Positions 1 to 9,435 of a stretch of 64,000 nucleotides of DNA are shown piece after piece. Source of the stretch: Methanotrichaceae archaeon (GTDB lineage: Archaea > Halobacteriota > Methanosarcinia > Methanotrichales > Methanotrichaceae); NCBI GenBank assembly GCA_963754945.1, contig CAVWIG010000017.1, positions 96,001 through 160,000 of the forward strand. The letters run 5' to 3'. Numbering within the stretch: the first letter of the stretch is position 1; each line of letters opens with the position of its first letter. A model generated the notes under the pieces. It was not told where the DNA came from and did not search any database. It was given only the letters and a program-made list of their open reading frames with translations. The position numbers and the translations under genes were made by a program.

Positions 1-28
1 GTCCAATCGTTTGTTCGGTCTTACATCT

Positions 29-1313
29 GAGGGTTTCGATTTAGTGTTGGTTAATGAAGCCTTAAATTCTTGCGTTAATATTTTCAATCTTTATAGTGGT
101 TTTTTAGCATATTTCACCCCTAAATTGGCTTATTAGATTTCAATTTACCTTGTTGTTTCTAATTTTTGCGCTTTTTTAGAGAGCTTCCGCTAGGCTGTTT
201 GTTTATGCACTAAATATTTCAACTGTTCCAGGTTGTAAACGACCGAATTCATCATGAATTTTACTCCAGCTCTTGCGACAGTTGTTACATAAACATGTGC
301 TCCCTTATGCCTCCGCTTCATAACAGCGAAGCATCTTTCGATGTGCGATCGCGTTTTACTGATTCTCTTATTCCTCAGAAGATCTATGATTCCAAGCTTG
401 TGACCTCTTGTAGCTTTTTTCATGGCTGCATCATATCCTCGAGTTTTTGCACCATCATATCCCTTATCGGCGTAACGTGGTAGCCCTTCAATTCCAAGAT
501 CTACCTGACTATCGTGTACAGAAGCAGTTGTAGTCTCAAAATATCTGATAAGGTGGTAATTGGTATCGATTGAGATATGACCTTTATATCCGAAAAAGGA
601 TTTGACACCCTTTTTTGCCCAACTTCCCTCATTTATTGGCTCTTCTTCGAGTCTCTGTGGTTTGGCCTTGTCATCAATAATATTATTTGAAATACCAATT
701 AGCTCTTTATCAAACTCCTGATTCAGGCTCGTACTGGTGGCTTCGGAATCTTGACCTTCCTTTTTGTCCCCGCCTTGCTCGTCTTTCTTGTTCCTCTTCC
801 GACCTGGGTCCGAAGTTATGAAGGTTGCATCCTGGATAGTGCCATTCTTTACAGTAAACCCCATCTCATCGAGCTGCCTTTGAAGCTCATTCCAAAGATC
901 ATCGTATACGTCGCACTTAATCAAACGTTCACGGAATAGCCAAACTGTGCTGAAATCAGGAATTACTTCAGTGGTGCCAAGGAAAATACGAAAAGAGATC
1001 CTATCCGCAACCTGTCGCTCCAGTTCTGGATCTGTTAGACCAAACCAATGCTGAATTACGAGAGCTTTCACCATAATCACGATGTCAATGTTCGGACGAC
1101 CTCCGCGGCTAGTTTTATTTTTGTGTATCAATGGTTCCAAAAATCTGAAACGCTCCCAATTGATCAACGATCCGATCTCGGATAGATCATCTCCGAGGGC
1201 TTTTACTCGAGCATATTCTGCTCGAATGGCAAAATCAATGAGAGTCCTCATGCATTATATTATAGTATTAATAGTATATAAGTATTTCGATTGATTAGTT
1301 TTTCGAAACTCTC
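29..1313 (-). mobile_element. IS5-family element, copy 1 (1285 bp)
   Basis: Terminal inverted repeats GAGGGTTTCGA / GAGAGTTTCGA; 4-bp target duplication ATCT (25-28, 1314-1317); same element occurs four times in the window. Confidence 0.95.
190..1251 (-). CDS. IS5-family DDE transposase
   Basis: N-terminal GRP...LTDPELE...PDFSTVWLFR domain; QDATFI, ADKGY and R-x2-IERCF DDE motifs. Confidence 0.93.
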   Translation of the reverse strand: MRTLIDFAIRAEYARVKALGDDLSEIGSLINWERFRFLEPLIHKNKTSRGGRPNIDIVIMVKALVIQHWFGLTDPELERQVADRISFRIFLGTTEVIPDFSTVWLFRERLIKCDVYDDLWNELQRQLDEMGFTVKNGTIQDATFITSDPGRKRNKKDEQGGDKKEGQDSEATSTSLNQEFDKELIGISNNIIDDKAKPQRLEEEPINEGSWAKKGVKSFFGYKGHISIDTNYHLIRYFETTTASVHDSQVDLGIEGLPRYADKGYDGAKTRGYDAAMKKATRGHKLGIIDLLRNKRISKTRSHIERCFAVMKRRHKGAHVYVTTVARAGVKFMMNSVVYNLEQLKYLVHKQTA

Positions 1314-1360
1314 ATCTATATATGTTCATAGCAACATTACACTCGATTGGAGAAACAAAG

Positions 1361-1999
1361 ATGAAATTGGAATTAGCAATAATCGGATTAGTGTCACTGG
1401 TATTGTTTTCTTCAATTCCAACAGATGGCGCTCAGTCTAACATGAGCATATCGATAGGCGGACATAAATTCACAACAGGATTAGATAATAATTGGACAGC
1501 TAATCAGGCAAATGTGATCGATTACAACCCACAAAAATACGTTACCGATAGTCGTTCACGCTTTGAAATGACTAACCAAGGAGACGGGGAAAATGCGTCC
1601 GCTGATCCTGTACCCAAATACGCAATCGATTGGACAGGAACCCAAGCCGTTAGCGCGTTTTCCTATAAAACAAAGCAATCTCCAGAATCAATAGCAAAGT
1701 ATGGCCTTACTAAATACGGCTTCTTGGACATCCGTGTATTAAAGCTGACCAATGATTACATAGAAGCCTATGGCTCCAGTCCTGATGATACTCTATCTCA
1801 TGCGACCGAGCTAATTTCTGGCAGGGTAATCGACACTGAATTCAATGGTAAACTAGCTATGAAAAGTAGAGATAATGACGAATCGCATAGCGTTATCGCC
1901 TTTCTCTTAGATAATACTACGGTTGCTTTGATCAATGTTCAGCTGAAACATATCGGCATAAGCGCTCAAGATATAATTAATCAGATGACTGTGAACTGA
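1361..1999 (+). CDS. Secreted hypothetical protein
   Basis: Long ORF with hydrophobic signal peptide MKLELAIIGLVSLVLFSS; start chosen at the ATG after GGAGA. Confidence 0.65.
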   Translation: MKLELAIIGLVSLVLFSSIPTDGAQSNMSISIGGHKFTTGLDNNWTANQANVIDYNPQKYVTDSRSRFEMTNQGDGENASADPVPKYAIDWTGTQAVSAFSYKTKQSPESIAKYGLTKYGFLDIRVLKLTNDYIEAYGSSPDDTLSHATELISGRVIDTEFNGKLAMKSRDNDESHSVIAFLLDNTTVALINVQLKHIGISAQDIINQMTVN

Positions 2000-2133
2000 C
2001 ACCAGGGCGGCCTAAATTGATGCAGTATGTATAACCTGTAAGCCTCCGTCTTCCTTTTTAGCTACTATTCTAGGTATAAATAATTTTTATAAAGGTCAAC
2101 TTGCTCTCGAACTCCAGCCTTTGCGCTCCAGGT

Positions 2134-2362
2134 TTAAACTGAAAGCCACTCTTCGCGGCTGATCTATCCTTCTTTCAAGATCTGCGCTAGAAGCCCAACA
2201 ACAAAATCCTTTCCATGATGAGGATCGGGAATGGCTACATATACACGCCCCTTGGCTAATCCTTAACAATATAGGCATGACCTGATCCTGGATAAGTCCC
2301 TCGAATCCCAACGTTTCGACGTCGGATAAGCTCTTGCCTAGAGACGAGAGTAGACGAGACAA
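2134..2362 (-). pseudogene. Degraded HicA-like toxin gene
   Basis: Joining frames gives SRQELIRR/TLGFEG/YPGSGHAYIVKD*/VAIPDPHHGKDFVVGLLAQILKEG*ISREEWLSV, a HicA-like pattern with stops and frameshifts. Confidence 0.6.
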
Positions 2363-2425
2363 TTGCTATCGGCTTTTAGCGGATAGGACAACATTACAAT
2401 GTATTTGGTCATGATGAACTGATAT

Positions 2426-3696
2426 GGTAGTGTGCCGAGATTTCTGTAATTTGGAGTTGCCCTGTATCCCAACATACTCAATCAGCATCCATAGATAAAT
2501 ACTTTTTAGCGGTCAGCCATTCTTCGTTGATATCGATGAGGATCGAAACCCCTAACCTCATGAACGAGCTCTCACTTGGGAAGGCACCGACTACCCTGGA
2601 TCTTCTTTTCAGCTCCTTGTTGATCCTCTCCAGCCCGTTTGTAGTCCGAATCCTTCTCCAGTGACCTCTGGGGAATGCCCTGTAATTCCACAGACTGAAT
2701 CTGAAGCGGTCGATAGTGTCAGCAGATTTCGCATAACCTCTTTCCCTCAATTCTTTCGCTAAGTCCTGTATCTTGATTTCGTCTTCCAGAGCGATCTTGA
2801 TCTTATCGGCGATCTCCTTATGATACTTCTTGGCAACGTTTCTCAAGACCGCTCTTGAAAAGTGAACGTGACACATTTGCCATGAAGCACCAAGAAATGA
2901 TTTCTCAACCGCTTTCTGGATTCCCTTATGACCATCTGATATCACGAGCTTTACTCCGGACAACCCACGATCCGCCAGATCTTGAAATAATCCCGACCAG
3001 AAGAGTTCATCTTCACTGTCAGCTATTCTTGCGCCAAGTATCTCGCGATAACCGTCATCTCTAACACCTGTGACGATCATGAAAGCTTTGGTAACATATC
3101 TTGATTCTGTTCTTACTTTGAAGTAGCTTGCATCTACATAAAGATAAGGAATAGGACGTTCGATAGGTTTCTTCAGGAATTCTTCTACCTTCTCGTCAAG
3201 CTCTTTGGATATCCTGGAAACGCTAGAGGCAGATAAATTCTCGATGCCAAATCGAGAGACAATATCTTGGATTCTCCTGGTTGAAACCCCCTGGAGATAC
3301 GATTCGAGTACAGCGTTGACCAAAGCCTTCTCTACGCGCGAAAATCTGTCGAACACCTTGGTTTCGAAGGAAATTTCACGGAATTGAGGTTTCTTGAGTC
3401 GGAGCTCTCCAACTCGCGTCTTCAGAGATCTTTCCTTGTAGCCATTCCTATGTGCCTTTCGGGATTCGACTCTCTGATACGGTTCTGCATCTGCCTGTTG
3501 CGCCGCTTCTAGCTGCATTACAAGGTTCAAGAACCAGGTCAGAAGCTTCTTTAGTCCATCTTCCTGATCGATAAGGTAATCTTCCAAGAGTGCTATGGGT
3601 ATCATGGTCCTGTGTCCTCCTTTTCTCAAGATTGGATAGGATACAGGGCCGATAATCATTCTTATTATCAAAGTACAGAAAAATCGTTACACTGCC
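2426..3696 (-). mobile_element. IS256-family element (1271 bp)
   Basis: Imperfect 28-bp TIRs GGTAGTGTGCCGAGATTTCTGTAATTTG / GGCAGTGTAACGATTTTTCTGTACTTTG; 8-bp target duplication ACTGATAT (2418-2425, 3697-3704). Confidence 0.95.
2478..3605 (-). CDS. IS256-family (Mutator-like) transposase
   Basis: RNGY, GVSTR, YLYVDA, ISDGHKG, QMCHVH, RTTNGLERINKELKRR motifs; start at MIPIALL after AGGAGG. Confidence 0.93.
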   Translation of the reverse strand: MIPIALLEDYLIDQEDGLKKLLTWFLNLVMQLEAAQQADAEPYQRVESRKAHRNGYKERSLKTRVGELRLKKPQFREISFETKVFDRFSRVEKALVNAVLESYLQGVSTRRIQDIVSRFGIENLSASSVSRISKELDEKVEEFLKKPIERPIPYLYVDASYFKVRTESRYVTKAFMIVTGVRDDGYREILGARIADSEDELFWSGLFQDLADRGLSGVKLVISDGHKGIQKAVEKSFLGASWQMCHVHFSRAVLRNVAKKYHKEIADKIKIALEDEIKIQDLAKELRERGYAKSADTIDRFRFSLWNYRAFPRGHWRRIRTTNGLERINKELKRRSRVVGAFPSESSFMRLGVSILIDINEEWLTAKKYLSMDAD

Positions 3697-3865
3697 ACTG
3701 ATATGAATGACTTTATCCAAAATAGAACATTCTTGAGACTTTGTTTGTTATTATTGCTCGAATGCACAACATTCTCTTGACTCTTTTCATCGTACCACGT
3801 CTTTAAAATGTTGAAGCCCAATATTGGGCTCAGGCAAAATTCAAAAGAATCCTGGAGGGAGATTA

Positions 3866-4567
3866 GTGAGAACTTATCGTCTATTTACGGTTTTATTGGC
3901 CATAATCGTAATTGCATGTTTATCTGTAGTCCAAGGGCAGATTAATGCCCCTTCAAGCATAGTTACACCAAATGCGACTTCGCAATATGCTCAGTACTAT
4001 ACCATGCCTACAGTATCGGCTCCGAGTACCCACATTAGTGCTCCCGCACAGACTCTGATCGTAGGCAAGACGGCTACCCTATATCTCGGCACCCAGCAAC
4101 AATCCGTGCCCTACTCGCAGTACCAGGCTAATGCCAACAATGCAGTCGTCCCCACCTTGTGGATACAAGGAACCGGGAGCTGGACACAATATGTAACGGT
4201 TCCTCAGGGTGCAACAGTACCGCTTATAGCGGTTTCTCCCACAGGAGGCAGCGGCTACCTCGGTGAGATACTAAATGGAATAACGTATAACTCCAACTTC
4301 TACTTCTATCCCAACAGTATACTAACCTTCTATGCAGACACAATCGGGCAACACACACTATCTGTCAGCATAAACGGCCAGCCAAGCAACCAGGTGACAA
4401 TAAATGTGGTAGCTTACGTGCCTCCACAAGCGTACCTGGCACCATATAATTATCCGGCATTTAGGTATTCAGAACCCACATACTATAACTATAACTCAGG
4501 CCATCATATAGGCGGTTTTGTAGGTCATGGGATCCGCGGATTTCATGGGAGGGAACATCATAAATAA
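3866..4567 (+). CDS. Secreted hypothetical protein (Tyr/Gln/Pro-rich, His/Gly tail)
   Basis: GTG start after GGAGGGAG; signal peptide; LWIQG...WTQY...F(Y)ADTIGQH beta-rich domain. Confidence 0.7.
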   Translation: MRTYRLFTVLLAIIVIACLSVVQGQINAPSSIVTPNATSQYAQYYTMPTVSAPSTHISAPAQTLIVGKTATLYLGTQQQSVPYSQYQANANNAVVPTLWIQGTGSWTQYVTVPQGATVPLIAVSPTGGSGYLGEILNGITYNSNFYFYPNSILTFYADTIGQHTLSVSINGQPSNQVTINVVAYVPPQAYLAPYNYPAFRYSEPTYYNYNSGHHIGGFVGHGIRGFHGREHHK

Positions 4568-4796
4568 CTACCACTAAGTACTCAAATCCTGATTTGGTGA
4601 GGCGGAAAAGTAAACTCTGAGTCCGGCGAGAAGTCAAAGAGTTTGAGGATTTGGATAACAAAGCGTAGTCTCGATGACCATCCTCCTCCATTCTGGCCCA
4701 ATTCTATTAGGTGAAAATGTCGAAGGCAGCGTATAAGGTCTTCCTGCCAGGTACGATGTATATGACGAAAAATATTGCTAACCTATAGAGGGATAT

Positions 4797-5285
4797 ATGG
4801 CAAAGGGATTAGTTAAGCAATACACAAATTTATCAGCGCTGGTAGCTTTGATGTTGCTTGTGTCGATAAGCACTGGGCTAGTTGGTGTTGTCATTGCCAA
4901 GCCTTATTTTAATATCACCCAGGACATGAATCTATCGCAGGTGCTTGGTAGATCGGATCTGAATAATTCGAACTCGACGAACGCGACCACTCCTCAGCAA
5001 CCGGTTCACTTGGTAGATGGCATTTACGGAGACTCAGACCAGTATCCAGAACATCCGGCGCATACAATCGATGGGACTGTACCCAACACAACGCTGCAGC
5101 AAGCAAATTGGATGGGGTCTGATAGCGGGCTACCGTCAACAGGATCTCCAGTTTCACAGTCACCAGGATCTCAGGCATGGGCTAATGATATACTACAGGA
5201 ATTGGGATTAGGGCCCCAAGGCACACAGTCGCCATCACAGTCACCAGGATCTCAGGGTTCGCAGTTGCCGGCTTTCTTGCAGTGA
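4797..5285 (+). CDS. Secreted/membrane-anchored hypothetical protein
   Basis: N-terminal hydrophobic helix, N-x-S/T sequons, repeated SQSPGSQ. Confidence 0.6.
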   Translation: MAKGLVKQYTNLSALVALMLLVSISTGLVGVVIAKPYFNITQDMNLSQVLGRSDLNNSNSTNATTPQQPVHLVDGIYGDSDQYPEHPAHTIDGTVPNTTLQQANWMGSDSGLPSTGSPVSQSPGSQAWANDILQELGLGPQGTQSPSQSPGSQGSQLPAFLQ

Positions 5286-5848
5286 ACTTAAGTAGTGTGG
5301 AACGTCTGGTAAACACCTCGAAGCTTTGGAACATCCAGAAAGATGGAACAGAAGAGGTTTAAAAAATGTGGTTGCGGTTTTTCTGTACTCTGTTTGTTCG
5401 GGGCAATCGTGGGAGGTGCAGCGTTTTACTTCCCATTACGGGTTTGGGTGTGTCGAAGCCTTATGGGACTGCGGGAGCCCCAGCGATTCAGACCGAAATG
5501 TGGTTAAAAGTGGTGATCACCCCGCTACTTGAAGCAATTGTTTTTGCGCTGTTGGATATAGGATGACAATTGAAAGAGGCACGGCAGGATGATCCGGATA
5601 CGTAGAAAAAAATAAGCTGCTAAGTGCGGCGGGTGGTACTGATGGAAATAAATCTTTTGCGGGCCGCAGTCTTAGTCATTATTTGGATCGTTGCTAATAG
5701 GATCAGCAACACGTTAACGCCTTGAAAAGGCTAGGAGACGAAACGAAAATGTCAACGGAAGCACCAACGAACTTGTACGAAAAGCTGGATGAGGTCGGCC
5801 CATTGGCTGGCAAAGTGACCATTATCGAGTGGGTAAAGGAGGGATGGG

Positions 5849-6115
5849 ATGAGCCTCCCTACTTTTGACGAGACCGCCGACAGCCTTAGGATGGTCTGCG
5901 ATGAAGCGCAAAAGGGGCTCTATCGGCTTGGACAGATACGGGAAAGAAATGATCTCCAATCCGAGAAGGAGCTTAGAATTTTCATATTAGCTACCAGCAA
6001 GGTGATTCTTGAAACGCTGCCATGTCTCCAGTTAGAAGAGGATGCAATCGCGGATATTGACAGCAAATATTCACATATCCTAAACGAATTCATCGAGAAA
6101 TCGGAACCGGTCTAA
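5849..6115 (+). CDS. Hypothetical protein
   Basis: 88-aa ORF with GGAGG RBS and globular-looking composition. Confidence 0.5.
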   Translation: MSLPTFDETADSLRMVCDEAQKGLYRLGQIRERNDLQSEKELRIFILATSKVILETLPCLQLEEDAIADIDSKYSHILNEFIEKSEPV

Positions 6116-6121
6116 TGGCCA

Positions 6122-6778
6122 GCTAGGCAAGCTGAAGATCTGGCGATAATCTTTTTTATCGTGTGGCTACTACTATCTCTCTGGCCGGGCTCTGGTCATA
6201 CCCCCTATATCCATTTAAGGTCGTCCCTGGCCATATCTCAAAATTTAGTTCTATTACATTTGCTAGGTCACCAATGAGAGGCCAGGCATGCACGGAATAG
6301 AGCGAAAGCGACCGAGATAGCCGCAGGCAATAGCCGCCAGGTAGCGAGGAGATGGAGACAGAAGACTATATCCCTCAAGCTCTCCTTTTGATCATGGCTG
6401 TGATATGTGTAGCCCGATCCATCCCTCCTAAATTTTGGGTCGTTGACCATACCCACTAATGCCTGGAAAGGTGGGATATGAGGAAAAAATGAGATCTAGT
6501 AGCAGAGACATGGAATTGAAGAAAAAGCTCAAAAAGAAGATTTTGGGAAAGAAGAAGGATGGCGTCCAAGACGAAAGTAACAACGCGAAGCGTAGCTCTT
6601 AGAAGAAGGCGAGCAGGGCCAACGATATCGAGTCCTGGCCAGCGGCAACCTAAGATGATCCTGAGACGCAGAAAGAACAATCTGCTAGGCAAGCTAAATA
6701 TCTAGCGATTACCCCCTATATCCTTTCAGACTATTCCTGGCTATCCCTTATCGATTAGTTCTATTACATCTGCTAGGT
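6122..6778 (+). repeat. Pair of degenerate direct repeats (6122-6268 and 6684-6778)
   Basis: Shared ordered blocks GCTAGGCAAGCT, ACCCCCTATATCC, CCTGG, TTAGTTCTATTACATYTGCTAGGT. Confidence 0.75.
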
Positions 6779-6830
6779 ACTTGGTGAAATGTCATAGAAA
6801 GCAATCATGAATCCTGATTCGCACCCAAAA

Positions 6831-8150
6831 CTATGAAAACGATTGCAGCGGATTGCAGTATTGATATGGGTAGTGAAGGCTGCTAATTAGTTCGGGACTT
6901 GGATCCCGTCATAGAAAGTAGCCAGACTTCTTGAGCACCCAAATGCGTCGCTGAACGCGAATGGCAATTCACCACCAGGGATTACTCATCTGCCCATATC
7001 GCAACTGCGAGGGCATAATGTCTGGAAAAAGAGAAATAGCTTGCGGAGTTGATGTACACAATAAGTTTATTGTGGCGACTATTCTTTCCAGCGACGGCTT
7101 GAAGCTTCAAGATCGATTTGAAACAAGCTTAGAAGAGCTTTTGAAGTTCAAGAATTGGCTAAAGGAGAATGGTTGCCATAAAGTGGCCGTGGAATCTACG
7201 GGCAATTACTGGCTTCCGATTTACAATGTCTTAGAGGGGTCTGTAAATTTTATTCTGGCAAATGCCTATCAGATTAAGCATATTCCAGGAAGAAAGACAG
7301 ACGCGCTGGATTCCGAGTGGATTGCGGAGATTTGTTTGAAGAATCTGATCTCTCCATCCCGAATCTTTCCCAGAGATCACCGCGAATTGAGATCTCTTAC
7401 AAGGACGAGAGAGAGCCTGATTAAAGTAAGAACCAAGATCAAGAATCGGGTTACTCACGAGCTAGAGGCTGCATGTATCAAGCTTTCCTCGGTGCTATCT
7501 GACGTTTTTGGCAAGTCAGGAAGACATATCGTCGATGGACTTCTTAACGGCATGGATTTGGAGAAGATATTGGAAAGCATACCTTCGAAAAGGGTAAGAG
7601 CGATTAAAGAGGAGATACGTGGAATCATCCAGGCTAACCTATCTCCTTCACAGATCTTTCTCCTTCGATCTCATCTGAATATGATTGATGCCATTACCAA
7701 ACAGATTGTAGAAATCGACGCTAAGATTTCGGATCAGATCTCTTCACGGAATGAAGACATGAGGATCGCTTTATCCATGCCGGGAATGGGAGTCGTTTCT
7801 GCATCTACTATCCTGGCAGAGGTCGGAGATTTCAGAGACTTCAGTTCCCCGAATAAGCTTGCTGCTTATTGCGGACTTGTGCCATCTGTTTATCAATCGG
7901 CAGGCAAGCAGATAAACGGCCATATCACAAAGCATGGTTCACCTCACATAAGAGGGATGATTATTGAGGTGGCACATGCCATTATTCGATCAAAGCGAAA
8001 CTCGAAACTCAAGAAGTTCTTCTTGAGGATCAAGGCAAGAAGAGGTACAAAAATTGGTGTCGTTGCTCTTGCAAGAAAAGTGCTCTGCATACTTTATCAT
8101 TTGCTGATCAGTCAAGAGCTCTATCAAGATGACCTGCTCAGCAAACCAAG
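6831..8150 (+). mobile_element. IS110-family element with its right end lost; left boundary tentative
   Basis: IS110 recombinase preceded by a structured non-coding end; the 3' end runs straight into IS5 copy 2. Confidence 0.75.
6853..7010 (+). ncRNA. Putative IS110 bridge-RNA-like non-coding RNA
   Basis: Closing stem 6853-6876/6986-7010 encloses two hairpins, each with a large internal loop; ends 7 nt before the recombinase ATG. Confidence 0.65.
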
Positions 8151-8166
8151 GAGGGTTTCGATTTAG
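7018..8166 (+). CDS. IS110-family DEDD recombinase/transposase; last residues read from IS5 DNA
   Basis: GVDVH, VESTG.YW, RKTD..D RuvC-like motifs; GLVPSVYQSAG serine loop; ALARK. Confidence 0.93.
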   Translation: MSGKREIACGVDVHNKFIVATILSSDGLKLQDRFETSLEELLKFKNWLKENGCHKVAVESTGNYWLPIYNVLEGSVNFILANAYQIKHIPGRKTDALDSEWIAEICLKNLISPSRIFPRDHRELRSLTRTRESLIKVRTKIKNRVTHELEAACIKLSSVLSDVFGKSGRHIVDGLLNGMDLEKILESIPSKRVRAIKEEIRGIIQANLSPSQIFLLRSHLNMIDAITKQIVEIDAKISDQISSRNEDMRIALSMPGMGVVSASTILAEVGDFRDFSSPNKLAAYCGLVPSVYQSAGKQINGHITKHGSPHIRGMIIEVAHAIIRSKRNSKLKKFFLRIKARRGTKIGVVALARKVLCILYHLLISQELYQDDLLSKPRRVSI

Positions 8167-9435
8167 TGTTGGTTAATGAAGCCTTAAATTCTTGCGTTAA
8201 TATTTTCAATCTTTATAGTGGTTTTTTAGCATATTTCACCCCTAAATTGGCTTATTAGATTTCAATTTACCTTGTTGTTTCTAATTTTTGCGCTTTTTTA
8301 GAGAGCTTCCGCTAGGCTGTTTGTTTATGCACTAAATATTTCAACTGTTCCAGGTTGTAAACGACCGAATTCATCATGAATTTTACTCCAGCTCTTGCGA
8401 CAGTTGTTACATAAACATGTGCTCCCTTATGCCCCCGCTTCATAACAGCGAAGCATCTTTCGATGTGCGATCGCGTTTTACTGATTCTCTTATTCCTCAG
8501 AAGATCTATGATTCCAAGCTTGTGACCTCTTGTAGCTTTTTTCATGGCTGCATCATATCCTCGAGTTTTTGCACCATCATATCCCTTATCGGCGTAACGT
8601 GGTAGCCCTTCAATTCCAAGATCTACCTGACTATCGTGTACAGAAGCAGTTGTAGTCTCAAAATATCTGATAAGGTGGTAATTGGTATCGATTGAGATAT
8701 GACCTTTATATCCGAAAAAGGATTTGACACCCTTTTTTGCCCAACTTCCCTCATTTATTGGCTCTTCTTCGAGTCTCTGTGGTTTGGCCTTGTCATCAAT
8801 AATATTATTTGAAATACCAATTAGCTCTTTATCAAACTCCTGATTCAGGCTCGTACTGGTGGCTTCGGAATCTTGACCTTCCTTTTTGTCCCCGCCTTGC
8901 TCGTCTTTCTTGTTCCTCTTCCGACCTGGGTCCGAAGTTATGAAGGTTGCATCCTGGATAGTGCCATTCTTTACAGTAAACCCCATCTCATCGAGCTGCC
9001 TTTGAAGCTCATTCCAAAGATCATCGTATACGTCGCACTTAATCAAACGTTCACGGAATAGCCAAACTGTGCTGAAATCAGGAATTACTTCAGTGGTGCC
9101 AAGGAAAATACGAAAAGAGATCCTATCCGCAACCTGTCGCTCCAGTTCTGGATCTGTTAGACCAAACCAATGCTGAATTACGAGAGCTTTCACCATAATC
9201 ACGATGTCAATGTTCGGACGACCTCCGCGGCTAGTTTTATTTTTGTATATCAATGGTTCCAAAAATCTGAAACGCTCCCAATTGATCAACGATCCGATCT
9301 CGGATAGATCATCTCCGAGGGCTTTTACTCGAGCATATTCTGCTCGAATGGCAAAATCAATGAGAGTCCTCATGCATTATATTATAGTATTAATAGTATA
9401 TAAGTATTTCGATTGATTAGTTTTTCGAAACTCTC
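8151..9435 (-). mobile_element. IS5-family element, copy 2
   Basis: Same TIRs and length as copy 1; flanks CAAG / ATAG do not match, so no target duplication. Confidence 0.95.
8312..9373 (-). CDS. IS5-family DDE transposase
   Basis: Translation identical to copies 3 and 4. Confidence 0.93.
   Translation of the reverse strand: MRTLIDFAIRAEYARVKALGDDLSEIGSLINWERFRFLEPLIYKNKTSRGGRPNIDIVIMVKALVIQHWFGLTDPELERQVADRISFRIFLGTTEVIPDFSTVWLFRERLIKCDVYDDLWNELQRQLDEMGFTVKNGTIQDATFITSDPGRKRNKKDEQGGDKKEGQDSEATSTSLNQEFDKELIGISNNIIDDKAKPQRLEEEPINEGSWAKKGVKSFFGYKGHISIDTNYHLIRYFETTTASVHDSQVDLGIEGLPRYADKGYDGAKTRGYDAAMKKATRGHKLGIIDLLRNKRISKTRSHIERCFAVMKRGHKGAHVYVTTVARAGVKFMMNSVVYNLEQLKYLVHKQTA

Noticed and set aside
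295-1294. Short antisense ORFs repeated in every IS5 copy
   Set aside because: They recur only because the IS recurs; no RBS or recognisable motif
5154-5257. Direct repeat TCACAGTCACCAGGATCTCAGG
   Set aside because: In-frame coding repeat (SQSPGSQ) within a low-complexity protein
6268-6692. Two minus-strand ORFs between the degenerate repeats
   Set aside because: No recognisable motif; composition is explained by the purine-rich opposite strand
29-9435. Composite transposon formed by IS5 copies 1 and 2
   Set aside because: Copy 1 has its own target duplication and the outer flanks (ATCT / ATAG) do not match
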